A stretch of 64,000 nt of DNA, taken from sequence record OR544955; one strand, 5' to 3'. The stretch's first letter is position 1, and every line of letters starts with the position of its first letter. Source of the DNA: Escherichia phage vB_EcoP_EP32B. The notes below the pieces were generated by a model. The model did no database searches. It was not told the DNA's origin and was given only the letters and a program-made list of their open reading frames with translations. This document shows positions 54,432 to 63,601 of the stretch, in pieces. The translations under genes were made by a program, and so were the position numbers.

Positions 54432-54905
54432 ATGATTATCAATGAAAACTCTTGGCACTTTAAAATTTATGCCGCGTTTAATAGTACATGGAATCGCCCG
54501 AAAACGTTGTGTGCTTATTTTTGGAAAACGTTAATCCCGGTATTGGCTGTTTCAATTATTGGATTTGCGATTTTAGCAGCAGTCGTAATCATTGGCCAGG
54601 AAATTTTAACTAAATTCTTTGTTTTTAGTAGTCTATGGACATTAGTTCCGGCCTCAATTGGCGTAGGCATTTTAATGGTAGCAGTCATGGCTTTTATTGC
54701 TACCGGGTTGGTAATTGGTCCGTCTTGGTTGTTAGACAAATATAACGACAGAAAATATTATAAAGAAATCGAGCTCATTGCACAAAACCAAGAACGAATT
54801 AAAAATGGACTTGAACCTATTGAACGTAAGAAATCATTAATAGGTGAATACCTTAAAGCTCGTAAAGAAAAAATCTGTCCTACTCTTGAATATAAGGCTA
54901 AATGA
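54432..54905 (+). CDS. Membrane protein (about 3 TM helices)
   Basis: 157 aa; AAGGA SD; hydrophobic segments. Confidence 0.55.
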   Translation: MIINENSWHFKIYAAFNSTWNRPKTLCAYFWKTLIPVLAVSIIGFAILAAVVIIGQEILTKFFVFSSLWTLVPASIGVGILMVAVMAFIATGLVIGPSWLLDKYNDRKYYKEIELIAQNQERIKNGLEPIERKKSLIGEYLKARKEKICPTLEYKAK

Positions 54906-55891
54906 TGAAAACAATTATGAAAGGCTACTTTGGTAGCCACCTTTATGGAACGTCTACTCCTGAATCTGACGTCGATTTTAAAGAAATTTATGTCCCTCAT
55001 GCTCGTGATATCTTGACCGGTAACGTTAAAGAACACATGAGCAAGAACACGAATAACACATCTTCTAAGAACACAAAAGACGACGTGGACCATGAGTTGT
55101 ATAGTCTCAAATATTTCTTTAAACTAGCTGCGGATGGTGAAACCGTCGCATTAGATATGCTTCACACTCCACCAAGTTTAGTAGTTAAATCTGATTTGCC
55201 TGATGTATGGAAGTATATTCAAGATAACAGGTCTCGTTTCTATACCACTAACATGAAATCTTATTTAGGGTATGTCCGTAAGCAAGCTTCTAAATATGGT
55301 GTCAAGGGTTCTCGACTGGCTGTTCTTCGTCAAGCCCTTAAACGTTCTAATGAATGGGGACAATACTTTGATAATGGTGCAGTAATTCGTTTATCACATA
55401 TGAAGAATGTTCTGCCTGTAGGTGAATTTGCTTCGTGGGTTGAAACTGAAAACGAGAAAACAGGTAAGCAAACATTCTATAATCTGTTAGACCGTAAATT
55501 CCAAGACACATTAACTAATAAAGAGTTCAATGCCATCCTGGTTAAACTGGAAGAGAACTATGGTGAACGTGCTCGTAAGGCAGAAGCTAACGAAGGTATT
55601 GACTGGAAAGCATTGAGTCATGCATGTCGTGGTGGACTTCAATTATTAGAAATTTACAAAACAGGCGATCTGGTTTACCCACTTCAGGATGCTCCATTTA
55701 TTCTCGATGTTAAGCTTGGTAAACATACGTTTAAAACTGTACAAGAATTCCTAGAAGATATCGTTGACCAAGTTGAACATGCGTCAGAACAAGCTGCCAA
55801 GAACGGTATGCAACAAAAAGTAGATATGAGTTTCTGGGATGACTTCCTTGAACAAGTCTATCTCGAAAATCATAATTCTTACTATAAATAA
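54902..55891 (+). CDS. Predicted nucleotidyltransferase-fold protein
   Basis: 329 aa; N-terminal GSHLYGTSTPESDVDF matches the minimal NTase G[SG]...D.D motif. Confidence 0.55.
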   Translation: MMKTIMKGYFGSHLYGTSTPESDVDFKEIYVPHARDILTGNVKEHMSKNTNNTSSKNTKDDVDHELYSLKYFFKLAADGETVALDMLHTPPSLVVKSDLPDVWKYIQDNRSRFYTTNMKSYLGYVRKQASKYGVKGSRLAVLRQALKRSNEWGQYFDNGAVIRLSHMKNVLPVGEFASWVETENEKTGKQTFYNLLDRKFQDTLTNKEFNAILVKLEENYGERARKAEANEGIDWKALSHACRGGLQLLEIYKTGDLVYPLQDAPFILDVKLGKHTFKTVQEFLEDIVDQVEHASEQAAKNGMQQKVDMSFWDDFLEQVYLENHNSYYK

Positions 55892-55922
55892 GTAGATAAA
55901 TAACCATTAACTTGAGGTAAAT

Positions 55923-56204
55923 ATGAAAAAATTAGTAATTGGTTTATTCGCAGTAATGATGGCATTCTCTGTTGGTGCTACCACGGGTGCTGCTGGCGGT
56001 AGTGCAGGAGCTGGTGGTAACCAGTCTTCTGGGCCTTCTAATGGTTCGGTAAATGCATCACATTCTCAGGGTATTGAGAACATTAGATCAAGCTATATTA
56101 ATAGCACGGCCGGACAAGCAACTGAAGCATGGTCAAAGGGCCGAGTAGTTACTCGCTCCGTATTCTGTGATATGCCTAATTATGTTGCTAAGTGCGATAA
56201 GTAA
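55923..56204 (+). CDS. Secreted Gly/Ser-rich small protein
   Basis: 93 aa; signal peptide; GAAGGSAGAGGNQSSG. Confidence 0.5.
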   Translation: MKKLVIGLFAVMMAFSVGATTGAAGGSAGAGGNQSSGPSNGSVNASHSQGIENIRSSYINSTAGQATEAWSKGRVVTRSVFCDMPNYVAKCDK

Positions 56205-56208
56205 ATGT

Positions 56209-56228
56209 GGGGACCTTCGGGTCCCTTT
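56209..56228 (+). terminator. Rho-independent terminator
   Basis: GGGGACC-TTCG-GGTCCC followed by TTT. Confidence 0.55.
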
Positions 56229-56255
56229 AGGGGGTCAAAATATTTTTAAAAAGTA

Positions 56256-56290
56256 GTGTACATGCTTTTAGGATATGTTATTATAGACCT
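56256..56290 (+). promoter_or_regulatory. PeSL-like early promoter
   Basis: GTGTAC -35 variant; TATGTTATTATAGACCTATCG. Confidence 0.5.
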
Positions 56291-56322
56291 ATCGAAACGA
56301 AATGAGTAAATTGGAGAATAAA

Positions 56323-57303
56323 ATGTTCAACGTTCAAATCAAAAAAGGTATCTATCGTAATAACGAAATCTCTGGTTCTTATGTTGCCACAAAGACCTGG
56401 TTCCCGGCAAAGCTTAATCCTGAATGTTCCCACTTAGGTGATGGTAAAATTTTCGTTATGATTGATGGTTCTGAACGTGGAGTATGGGTCTTCAAATCAG
56501 ACATCGTAATGGAAGGAGTTGAGACATCACCGGTTGCAGTTGTTGAAAGCACTGAAGATATGAAAACTCGTATCAACAAACGCTTTAAAGTAATGAACAT
56601 GATGACGAATGGCATTATCGATGGTAAAATTCGTTCACTCATTATTTCAGGTGCAGCTGGTATTGGTAAGACGTATTCTCTGGATAAAGCACTTAATAAC
56701 GCTAATGATAATGGTTTCATCAAATACAAAAGCATTAATGGTAAAATCTCCGGTATTGGCCTTTACGAACAACTTTGGCTCAACCGTGATGCAGACAGCG
56801 TTCTCTTAATCGACGACGTTTACGTATTCTCGGATATGGACATCTTGAACCTTCTTAAAGCAGCATTAGATACTGGAGATAAACGCAAAGTTTGCTGGAG
56901 CACGGCGTCATCTTATCTCGATGATAAGGGTATTGATAAAGAATTTGAGTTTGAAGGTACTATCGTTTTCATTACAAACGTTGATATCGATAAAGAGTTA
57001 GAACGCGGTTCGAAACTTGCTCCGCACCTTCAAGCTTTAGTATCTCGTTCAGTGTATCTCGACCTTGGAGTACACTCTAATGAAGAGATTATGGTTCGAG
57101 TTGAAGATGTAATATTATCTACTGACATGATGCAGAAACGTGGTCTGACGGATGCAGAAACGTATAAAGCATTGTCCTGGATGAAGGCTAACGTATCTCG
57201 TCTTCGCAATGTATCATTACGTACGGCTCTTTATGTAGCAGATTTTATTTCAACTGATAAAGATGGTTGGGAGGAAATCTCCGAAGTAACTTTACTGAAA
57301 TAA
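56323..57303 (+). CDS. AAA+ family ATPase with N-terminal extra domain
   Basis: 326 aa; Walker A GAAGIGKT, Walker B VLLIDDV, sensor-1-like FITN. Confidence 0.6.
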   Translation: MFNVQIKKGIYRNNEISGSYVATKTWFPAKLNPECSHLGDGKIFVMIDGSERGVWVFKSDIVMEGVETSPVAVVESTEDMKTRINKRFKVMNMMTNGIIDGKIRSLIISGAAGIGKTYSLDKALNNANDNGFIKYKSINGKISGIGLYEQLWLNRDADSVLLIDDVYVFSDMDILNLLKAALDTGDKRKVCWSTASSYLDDKGIDKEFEFEGTIVFITNVDIDKELERGSKLAPHLQALVSRSVYLDLGVHSNEEIMVRVEDVILSTDMMQKRGLTDAETYKALSWMKANVSRLRNVSLRTALYVADFISTDKDGWEEISEVTLLK

Positions 57304-57441
57304 GCTTATAGGAAGTTCTGAGGTAACAAAAGCCATAAAGATGAATAATCATATGGCTTACCTCAAAGAAGGACACCAGGAACCTACTGAGGGCATAGAA
57401 ATATTTAAAAATAATGTTGTACAAATCAAAGAGGCTATGTT

Positions 57442-57729
57442 ATGGATTTTATGCAAAAAATTAAAGCCGCAGTCGAACTGTATGCTCATCGTATGGTTAG
57501 TTCTACAATGCAATATAGCGAGGAGGTTCGCCAGGACTCTTCCTTGAAAGGAAAAACTAAAGCCTTAATTACCTTAGACCGTTTGCAAAAGAATGTCATA
57601 GAGATGCTCCAGTACGACAAGGGTGTATATAAGAAAGAACAGGAAGAGAAACTTAAATCTGAAAAATTACAAAAAATCCCGAAGTCGGTTTGGTTCAGTG
57701 GAAAAAATACCGAAAAAAGTTTCTTTTAG
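57442..57729 (+). CDS. Hypothetical basic protein
   Basis: 95 aa; AAGAGG SD. Confidence 0.45.
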   Translation: MDFMQKIKAAVELYAHRMVSSTMQYSEEVRQDSSLKGKTKALITLDRLQKNVIEMLQYDKGVYKKEQEEKLKSEKLQKIPKSVWFSGKNTEKSFF

Positions 57730-57731
57730 TT

Positions 57732-57765
57732 GTTTACAAGGTCTATGTTTATGTTATTATAGACC
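57732..57765 (+). promoter_or_regulatory. PeSL-like early promoter with stem-loop
   Basis: GTTTAC 57732-57737; TATGTTATTATAG; inverted repeat GGTCTAT/ATAGACC. Confidence 0.55.
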
Positions 57766-57787
57766 TATCAACTACTGGAGGTAAAAC

Positions 57788-58315
57788 ATGAACGCTAAAG
57801 ATATTTTCAACCTGGTAAATTATAACGACGGTAAATTTAAATCCGAAGCACAAAGCAAGTTCTTTAATGACGTTGCTTATGGTAACGAGATTACTGTGGA
57901 CGGAGGTCAGATTTTCAAATCTCGCTGGAATTGGATTGTTATCATCGATTCAGTTGGAATTGTGGAAGTCTACAAAAACACTAACAAAAAACGTACATTA
58001 TTCTGGTCTCGTGAAACTAACGAGCAGTACAAAAAGGATAAAGCATCTCGTTTATCCAAAGTAACCCAGGAAGATATCGAGTTTATCAAGAAAGATATCG
58101 AGATGTACGAAAATTTAATCGCTGAAGACCAGGCAGTACTCGATAAGTTTGATGAAATTAAAGCTTCTCGTGAAATCCCTGACTTCATGAAAGAAACAGT
58201 AAACGAACGATACGCTCTCACTTCAGAACGTATTGCAAACTATACAAAACAGAAATCAGAACGTATTAGTACTCTTCGGAAATTTGAAGAACGTTTAAAG
58301 ACGGTTCACGCATAA
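57788..58315 (+). CDS. Hypothetical protein
   Basis: 175 aa; GGAGG SD. Confidence 0.5.
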   Translation: MNAKDIFNLVNYNDGKFKSEAQSKFFNDVAYGNEITVDGGQIFKSRWNWIVIIDSVGIVEVYKNTNKKRTLFWSRETNEQYKKDKASRLSKVTQEDIEFIKKDIEMYENLIAEDQAVLDKFDEIKASREIPDFMKETVNERYALTSERIANYTKQKSERISTLRKFEERLKTVHA

Positions 58316-58318
58316 ACG

Positions 58319-58342
58319 CTTTACCCAAGGACGGGTTATAAT
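58319..58342 (+). promoter_or_regulatory. Early sigma70-like promoter
   Basis: CTTTAC -35, TATAAT -10 at 58337-58342. Confidence 0.5.
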
Positions 58343-58377
58343 GGTTTTGAGTTCCAATTCAATCTGAGGAAATAGTT

Positions 58378-59373
58378 ATGAGCATTACATCTGATGCTGT
58401 AAAACATGAAATTAACGGTTTATGTGCTTCACAGATTAAAGTGTGGTTTAAAGACCATAACGATCGCAGAGCACTTAATTATGAGCAAATTGCTATCCAA
58501 GTTCATCAATTACTGACTAGTAAATTTGATTTTCATATGCCGTCTGAAATCTATACTAATCTACCGCGAGCGCTTATTAAAGCGTGTAAAGGTTACGGAA
58601 AATCAATGGCTGATGGAATCTTCAGCGCGCTGAATAAACTTAACGTTCTGTCGATGATTAACTCTAACAACATCCTGCGTAATCTAGGACGTACTGATTT
58701 GTTCGGTCGTGAACAGTGTAAAATGCCTTTGAAATGGATTGTTGCTCATCTTAACGAGAACCAAACACGTTTTATGGCCGTATCAGCACGCTTACAAATG
58801 GGCCTAGATCGTCAGATGAACTTTAAAACTCATCCACGTTATTCAGGTTCAACAGACTTTTATAAATGTGAGCTTCAAAAGGTCGGTGGCAAAACCGTCT
58901 TAGTAGTTCGTGTAACGTTTGAAGGACGACGTCAAGGATATTTTGACCTAATCGGCTCTGGTCTTAAACATTGTGGATTTATTGACGAAGTTGATATCAA
59001 GCGAGACGGCATTGGATACCGTATTGGATATGTTTGTACTCTTAAAGAAGAGATTTCAGGACCAGCACCAGGACTAAAAGACGTTAGATATAAAGACGAG
59101 CTCATTGAAGAAATAAAAGAAGTTGAATATGATATCAACCAAGAAGATGCTCTTAAAGACCTTATTGATGAACTAAACCAAGACGTTATTCCGGTTCAGA
59201 AATTTGAATCAAAACACGCTGAGCAAATCAAATACTTTGAAGCTTTGATTAACGAACTTAATGTAACTATTCAACAAACTGATGATGAAATCTCACGATT
59301 AGCAGGCTTAAACGGTAAAAATAAAACAGAACGAGCTAATCTTATTCAGGTAGTAAAACTTCTTAAGGAATGA
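58378..59373 (+). CDS. Hypothetical protein with C-terminal coiled coil
   Basis: 331 aa; GAGGA SD. Confidence 0.5.
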   Translation: MSITSDAVKHEINGLCASQIKVWFKDHNDRRALNYEQIAIQVHQLLTSKFDFHMPSEIYTNLPRALIKACKGYGKSMADGIFSALNKLNVLSMINSNNILRNLGRTDLFGREQCKMPLKWIVAHLNENQTRFMAVSARLQMGLDRQMNFKTHPRYSGSTDFYKCELQKVGGKTVLVVRVTFEGRRQGYFDLIGSGLKHCGFIDEVDIKRDGIGYRIGYVCTLKEEISGPAPGLKDVRYKDELIEEIKEVEYDINQEDALKDLIDELNQDVIPVQKFESKHAEQIKYFEALINELNVTIQQTDDEISRLAGLNGKNKTERANLIQVVKLLKE

Positions 59374-59402
59374 TGTACAACCAAGGATGGTTGGAGTATA
59401 AT
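59374..59402 (+). promoter_or_regulatory. Early promoter cassette (copy A of a 26 nt direct repeat)
   Basis: TGTACA -35; ACAACCAAGGATGGTTGGAGTATAAT identical to 60264-60289. Confidence 0.55.
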
Positions 59403-59428
59403 AAATTTTTCAACATGAGGAATATAAA

Positions 59429-60196
59429 ATGGCTTTTATTACACGTAGAGAACTTATCAAAGAATTTACCTCGAACGCATATACTCCAGGACCTAATCCT
59501 ATCCGTATGCCTGTAAAGACTCCTGAAGAGATTGAGGAAATCTGTTCATATTATGGGATTACTTCTCGTAAGTTTACTCAATTTGAATGCGTTACTAACA
59601 CACCCGTTAAAGAGTTCATTAAAAATGGTGAGTTCAGCCGTTTATTAGCCAAACAGAAACTTCGTAATTTTTGTATTGGCGGTGAAGGACAATATTTCGC
59701 TAAGCAGTTTCGGAATAACCTTAACAATCTGATGGCCATTGCTTCTCGTATTCGTCCTCAAGCAATTAATATGAAACATTTGAAATATACTTACGATAAG
59801 TTGGAAATCATGGTTATCAGTGAGAATGAGTTCACTCTCACGTATAAACCTAAGAATGATAACGTTGCTCGTGTATTCCACCAAGCGTTGGAAGTGTTAG
59901 GTGATAATATTCACCAGATTAAAGCAATTTATTCTCGTGAGCTTAATATTATCAACCCTATCAAGAATAAGGGCCATATCGCTATCCAGGCTCGTGTATC
60001 TATTGGTAAAAAGGTTCCTGCGCCATGGTGGCACAAAGACTCCGAATATTATCAAAATCTTAAAAAGGAAAATGCACTAATGACCTTCTTCCGGCCGAAG
60101 ATTACCATTACAATCAAATCAAGGCCACTATGGACCAACTGTCTGTTGAACTTGACAAAGCACAAGCTAAGCTTCGTGATGCTCAAAGTGTTGTAA
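59429..60196 (+). CDS. Hypothetical protein; C-terminus possibly frameshifted
   Basis: 255 aa; last ~35 aa hydrophobic/low-complexity while an overlapping frame (to 60254) encodes a coiled-coil tail like those of neighbouring ORFs. Confidence 0.45.
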   Translation: MAFITRRELIKEFTSNAYTPGPNPIRMPVKTPEEIEEICSYYGITSRKFTQFECVTNTPVKEFIKNGEFSRLLAKQKLRNFCIGGEGQYFAKQFRNNLNNLMAIASRIRPQAINMKHLKYTYDKLEIMVISENEFTLTYKPKNDNVARVFHQALEVLGDNIHQIKAIYSRELNIINPIKNKGHIAIQARVSIGKKVPAPWWHKDSEYYQNLKKENALMTFFRPKITITIKSRPLWTNCLLNLTKHKLSFVMLKVL

Positions 60197-60259
60197 CGAA
60201 TCTCCAGTTGCAGTACTCTAAACTTTTTAACGCAATGAATGCATTAAAATCATAAATCA

Positions 60260-60289
60260 GTTTACAACCAAGGATGGTTGGAGTATAAT
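60260..60289 (+). promoter_or_regulatory. Early promoter cassette (copy B of the 26 nt direct repeat)
   Basis: GTTTAC 60260-60265; TATAAT 60284-60289. Confidence 0.55.
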
Positions 60290-60318
60290 GAAATCTATCT
60301 TAACGAGAGGAAAATATT

Positions 60319-61263
60319 ATGACACGTTCACATTACGTTGATTATTTTGCAGGTCTTATCGCTAACGTTCATGCCCAACGTGCTTCTGGTGCACTAGGAT
60401 TTGATGTTCCACACCGAGATGTAGTAAGTGGCATTCTTCGAGATTTTGGTACATACACAGGTCAAGAAAATCATATCTGTAAAGATACTCAGAATGCGTA
60501 TTCTCATTCATTAGGGACGCTGCTTCAATGGTTTAAACGTTCTCGTTTATTATCTTCTACTGTGGCTCGTGATAACATTAAAAACTTTATGAAGCCGAGC
60601 TTTATTAAATCTGTGACATCTAAAACCGATTTGGTTGAATTCACTATTGTTAATGATGTTAAAAAGGCTCATTTGGCTGATTGGTTCTCTACCATTCCTG
60701 AAACTAAATTTGCTGATAAATTTGCTTGTGAATTCAATAACCAAGTGAATATGCTTTTTAAACATTCACGTAAATTATTCACTGGCGGCGATGGCCGTAC
60801 AAATAAAGTTCATGTTAAAGATTGGGTTACTGCAGTATTCAAACCAACTGGTAATGGTAACGCATCGTTATCAATTGATATCCAGGTTCCTTATTATTAC
60901 TCACGTAATCTCGGTACCATGAAAGCCGAAGAAATTAATAAGCGCAACAAAACCATTCGTTCTCTGTCTTATAAACTTCGCATGATGTTACAGACTATGG
61001 ATGTTGTTGAAATGTTCGACGAAACCGAAGATAACGGTTCAATGTTATTCAGTTCTCGAATTAAAATTAAACTGAAGAACCCTAATGTGTTTAAGCCTAT
61101 TAAAGAACCTAAAGCAGAAAAGGTCGATATCATGGCCGAAGAACGCGAATATCTCAAATCTCGTCTGAAAGAAGTCGAAGCCCAGATTGCAGAACAAACT
61201 AAATCGTTAAAAGCTCTGAATGCGAAAGCGGACGGTTTACGAAATGCCATTGAGGTGTTATAA
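60319..61263 (+). CDS. Hypothetical protein with C-terminal coiled coil
   Basis: 314 aa; GAGAGG SD. Confidence 0.5.
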   Translation: MTRSHYVDYFAGLIANVHAQRASGALGFDVPHRDVVSGILRDFGTYTGQENHICKDTQNAYSHSLGTLLQWFKRSRLLSSTVARDNIKNFMKPSFIKSVTSKTDLVEFTIVNDVKKAHLADWFSTIPETKFADKFACEFNNQVNMLFKHSRKLFTGGDGRTNKVHVKDWVTAVFKPTGNGNASLSIDIQVPYYYSRNLGTMKAEEINKRNKTIRSLSYKLRMMLQTMDVVEMFDETEDNGSMLFSSRIKIKLKNPNVFKPIKEPKAEKVDIMAEEREYLKSRLKEVEAQIAEQTKSLKALNAKADGLRNAIEVL

Positions 61264-61568
61264 TGAACCTACGTCTTCTAGAGGATATTGATATGAGCAC
61301 TAATCATGGCTTGGTTAAGTTTATTGACGATAGTTCAAAGATTGAATTTGTTCAGCGAGATAAAATCCACGGTGAAGAAGAGTTCGTTCCTCCGGCATGG
61401 AACGAAATAATGAAAATGGTTGAACGACGTGAAAATGCTGCCAAATCGGCAGCAAAACATCCATGTCCGGAATGTGGAACTATCCAAGTCCAACTGGTTA
61501 ACTGGACCACTGATAACTTGAAATTGAAATGCCGTAAATGCTTCCACAAATTTGAGAGAACATTATAA
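61263..61568 (+). CDS. Small zinc-ribbon protein
   Basis: 101 aa; CPECG...CRKC. Confidence 0.5.
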   Translation: MNLRLLEDIDMSTNHGLVKFIDDSSKIEFVQRDKIHGEEEFVPPAWNEIMKMVERRENAAKSAAKHPCPECGTIQVQLVNWTTDNLKLKCRKCFHKFERTL

Positions 61569-61981
61569 TGAGATATAGCCTTCGTTGTTTTATCGCAGCT
61601 TTAGTTTTTGCCATCATTCCATTCATTTGGAACAGCCAGAATACTTACATGGAAACTAAAGTAATTCCTGTGGAGGTAGTGGAATTAATTTCAGGTCAAT
61701 CTACAGGAAAATATTCTAAATTGGAATTTATTGCAGTTTATAAAGATGAACAAGGTCGAGTTTTTGACAGGCATGTATCACCATCGTTTTATACGCTTCT
61801 TAATAAAGGTGATACGATAGCTATAGAAATTCGTGAGATGGATATCAAACAAACTACTAAAGATAACCTGATTTGGTTCTTTGGTACAGTGTTGATGTTC
61901 TCTATCGGTATCACAGGTTTTATTACATGCATTGTATTTGGTGTTGCATATTTAATCGATGAAAGGAAAAATAATGTTTAA
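61568..61981 (+). CDS. Membrane protein
   Basis: 137 aa; N- and C-terminal TM segments. Confidence 0.5.
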   Translation: MRYSLRCFIAALVFAIIPFIWNSQNTYMETKVIPVEVVELISGQSTGKYSKLEFIAVYKDEQGRVFDRHVSPSFYTLLNKGDTIAIEIREMDIKQTTKDNLIWFFGTVLMFSIGITGFITCIVFGVAYLIDERKNNV

Positions 61982-62237
61982 AGTGTACGGGTATGACTCT
62001 ACTATTCATAAATGCATTTATTGCGATAATGCGAAACGATTGCTGACTGTTAAGAAACAGCCATTCGAATTCATTAATGTTATGCCAGAAAAAGGTGTGT
62101 TCGATGATGAGAAAATTGCTGAGCTTCTGGTTAAGCTTGGCCGTGAATCACAAGTCGGATTGACTATGCCTCAAGTGTTTGCTCCTGATGGAACTTCGAT
62201 CGGTGGCTTTGACCAACTACGAGAATATTTTAAATGA
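61974..62237 (+). CDS. nrdC: Glutaredoxin/thioredoxin NrdC
   Basis: 87 aa from ATG 61974; CIYC active site; MFKVYGYDS...GGFDQLREYFK. Confidence 0.85.
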   Translation: MFKVYGYDSTIHKCIYCDNAKRLLTVKKQPFEFINVMPEKGVFDDEKIAELLVKLGRESQVGLTMPQVFAPDGTSIGGFDQLREYFK

Positions 62238-62371
62238 CAATGGTTACCATTACCGTTGAAGAATATAATCGCCTGCAAGCCATTGAAGAGCTTCTTTGGG
62301 AAATTGAATCTGATTTGCCATCTGGGCTAGAATCCTGGGTTGATTATGAAGAGATCAATAAGCTCCGCGGT
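62234..62371 (+). CDS. Possible 45 aa acidic small protein
   Basis: ATGA overlap with nrdC stop. Confidence 0.3.
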
Positions 62372-62423
62372 TAAACCGTGGTATTCGGCTCGATGGGAGA
62401 CAGTCGAGCCAGACGTCGAAACG

Positions 62424-62453
62424 GTTTACAACTACGAAGAACCATGTTATGAT
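62424..62453 (+). promoter_or_regulatory. Early promoter (GTTTAC / TGTTATGAT)
   Basis: GTTTAC 62424-62429 with extended -10-like element at the expected spacing. Confidence 0.45.
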
Positions 62454-62502
62454 GAACCTTCAATAAATGAATTAATTGATATGGAAATGGGAAGAGATTA
62501 TT

Positions 62503-62673
62503 ATGCAAGTTAAATTATTATACCGTTTATTAAAAAATGGCAAGCATGATTGGTATTTGCTTATTAAAACCGATCCGAATTTTTTCTCTGGACAACCATT
62601 TACAGTTCGTCCTACTAAACGTCAGCTTCGCAAAGCTAAACGTTCTCATCGTAACTTTTATAGAGAATATTGA
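62503..62673 (+). CDS. Small basic protein (56 aa)
   Basis: ATG 62503 after GGGAAGAG. Confidence 0.4.
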   Translation: MQVKLLYRLLKNGKHDWYLLIKTDPNFFSGQPFTVRPTKRQLRKAKRSHRNFYREY

Positions 62674-62674
62674 T

Positions 62675-63088
62675 ATGAATATTTCTGAAACTCGCGGTAA
62701 ATGGTTCAAGATTGTTAAAGAAGACGAAGAACTCCAAGATAAGTTTCCTGAATTAAAGAAAGATACGATCATCAAGGTAATTGGTACTACTACCGAAGAT
62801 GGTTATGGCGACCATGGCATTATCGAAGTGATGTTGAACACAGGTGAGAAACTTTGCATCTATGACCGTGATACTTCTCTTTGGTGCTTCTGGGAATCCC
62901 ATTCAATAGATGAACTCGAAGAAATTGACCAAGTAGTTTGTGATGGTGGTCTTGGCGAATTCGAAGGTGAACGTATTTCTTATGCTTTAGCTAAATTAGC
63001 CGGTCAAGAAAATAACGACGGTTATGAAGGTAATCTGATGCAAGCAGCCGCAGAATACATTGAATATTTAGAAAGACGTTTAAGTTAA
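62675..63088 (+). CDS. Hypothetical acidic protein (Pin position)
   Basis: 137 aa; ATG overlapping upstream stop. Confidence 0.45.
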   Translation: MNISETRGKWFKIVKEDEELQDKFPELKKDTIIKVIGTTTEDGYGDHGIIEVMLNTGEKLCIYDRDTSLWCFWESHSIDELEEIDQVVCDGGLGEFEGERISYALAKLAGQENNDGYEGNLMQAAAEYIEYLERRLS

Positions 63089-63127
63089 GTAATAAATACC
63101 CTTATCTATTTAAGGTAAGGGTTTATC

Positions 63128-63601
63128 ATGTTATTATCAGGCGCAAAATATAAAGAAGAAAAACAAAAATTTTATGATGCACAGAATGGTAAGTGTCCTA
63201 TTTGCCACCGTGAATTAGACCCTGATGTTCAAGGTAACCATCTTGACCACGACCATGAATTAAACGGGCCAAAAGCCGGTAGAGTTCGTGGGTTACTATG
63301 TAACCTGTGCAATGCAGCAGAAGGTCAAATGAAGCATAAGTTCAACCGTTCTGGTCTTAAAGGTCAAAACGTTGACTACCTCGAATGGCTTGAAGCTCTT
63401 CTTGCTTATTTGAAACAAGATTATTCTGATAATAATATCCATCCTAATTTTGTTCCAGACAAAACTAAAGAGTTCTCAAGACTAGGTAAAGAGGAAATGA
63501 TGGCCGAGATGCTTCAAAGAGGATTTGAATATAATGAATCTGATACTAAAACACAATTAATAGCTTCATTCAAAAAGCAGCTTAGAAAGAGTTTAAAATG
63601 A
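63128..63601 (+). CDS. 49: Endonuclease VII (Holliday junction resolvase gp49)
   Basis: 157 aa; zinc site CPIC...H..H.H; MLLSGAKYKEEKQKFYDAQNGKCPIC. Confidence 0.85.
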   Translation: MLLSGAKYKEEKQKFYDAQNGKCPICHRELDPDVQGNHLDHDHELNGPKAGRVRGLLCNLCNAAEGQMKHKFNRSGLKGQNVDYLEWLEALLAYLKQDYSDNNIHPNFVPDKTKEFSRLGKEEMMAEMLQRGFEYNESDTKTQLIASFKKQLRKSLK

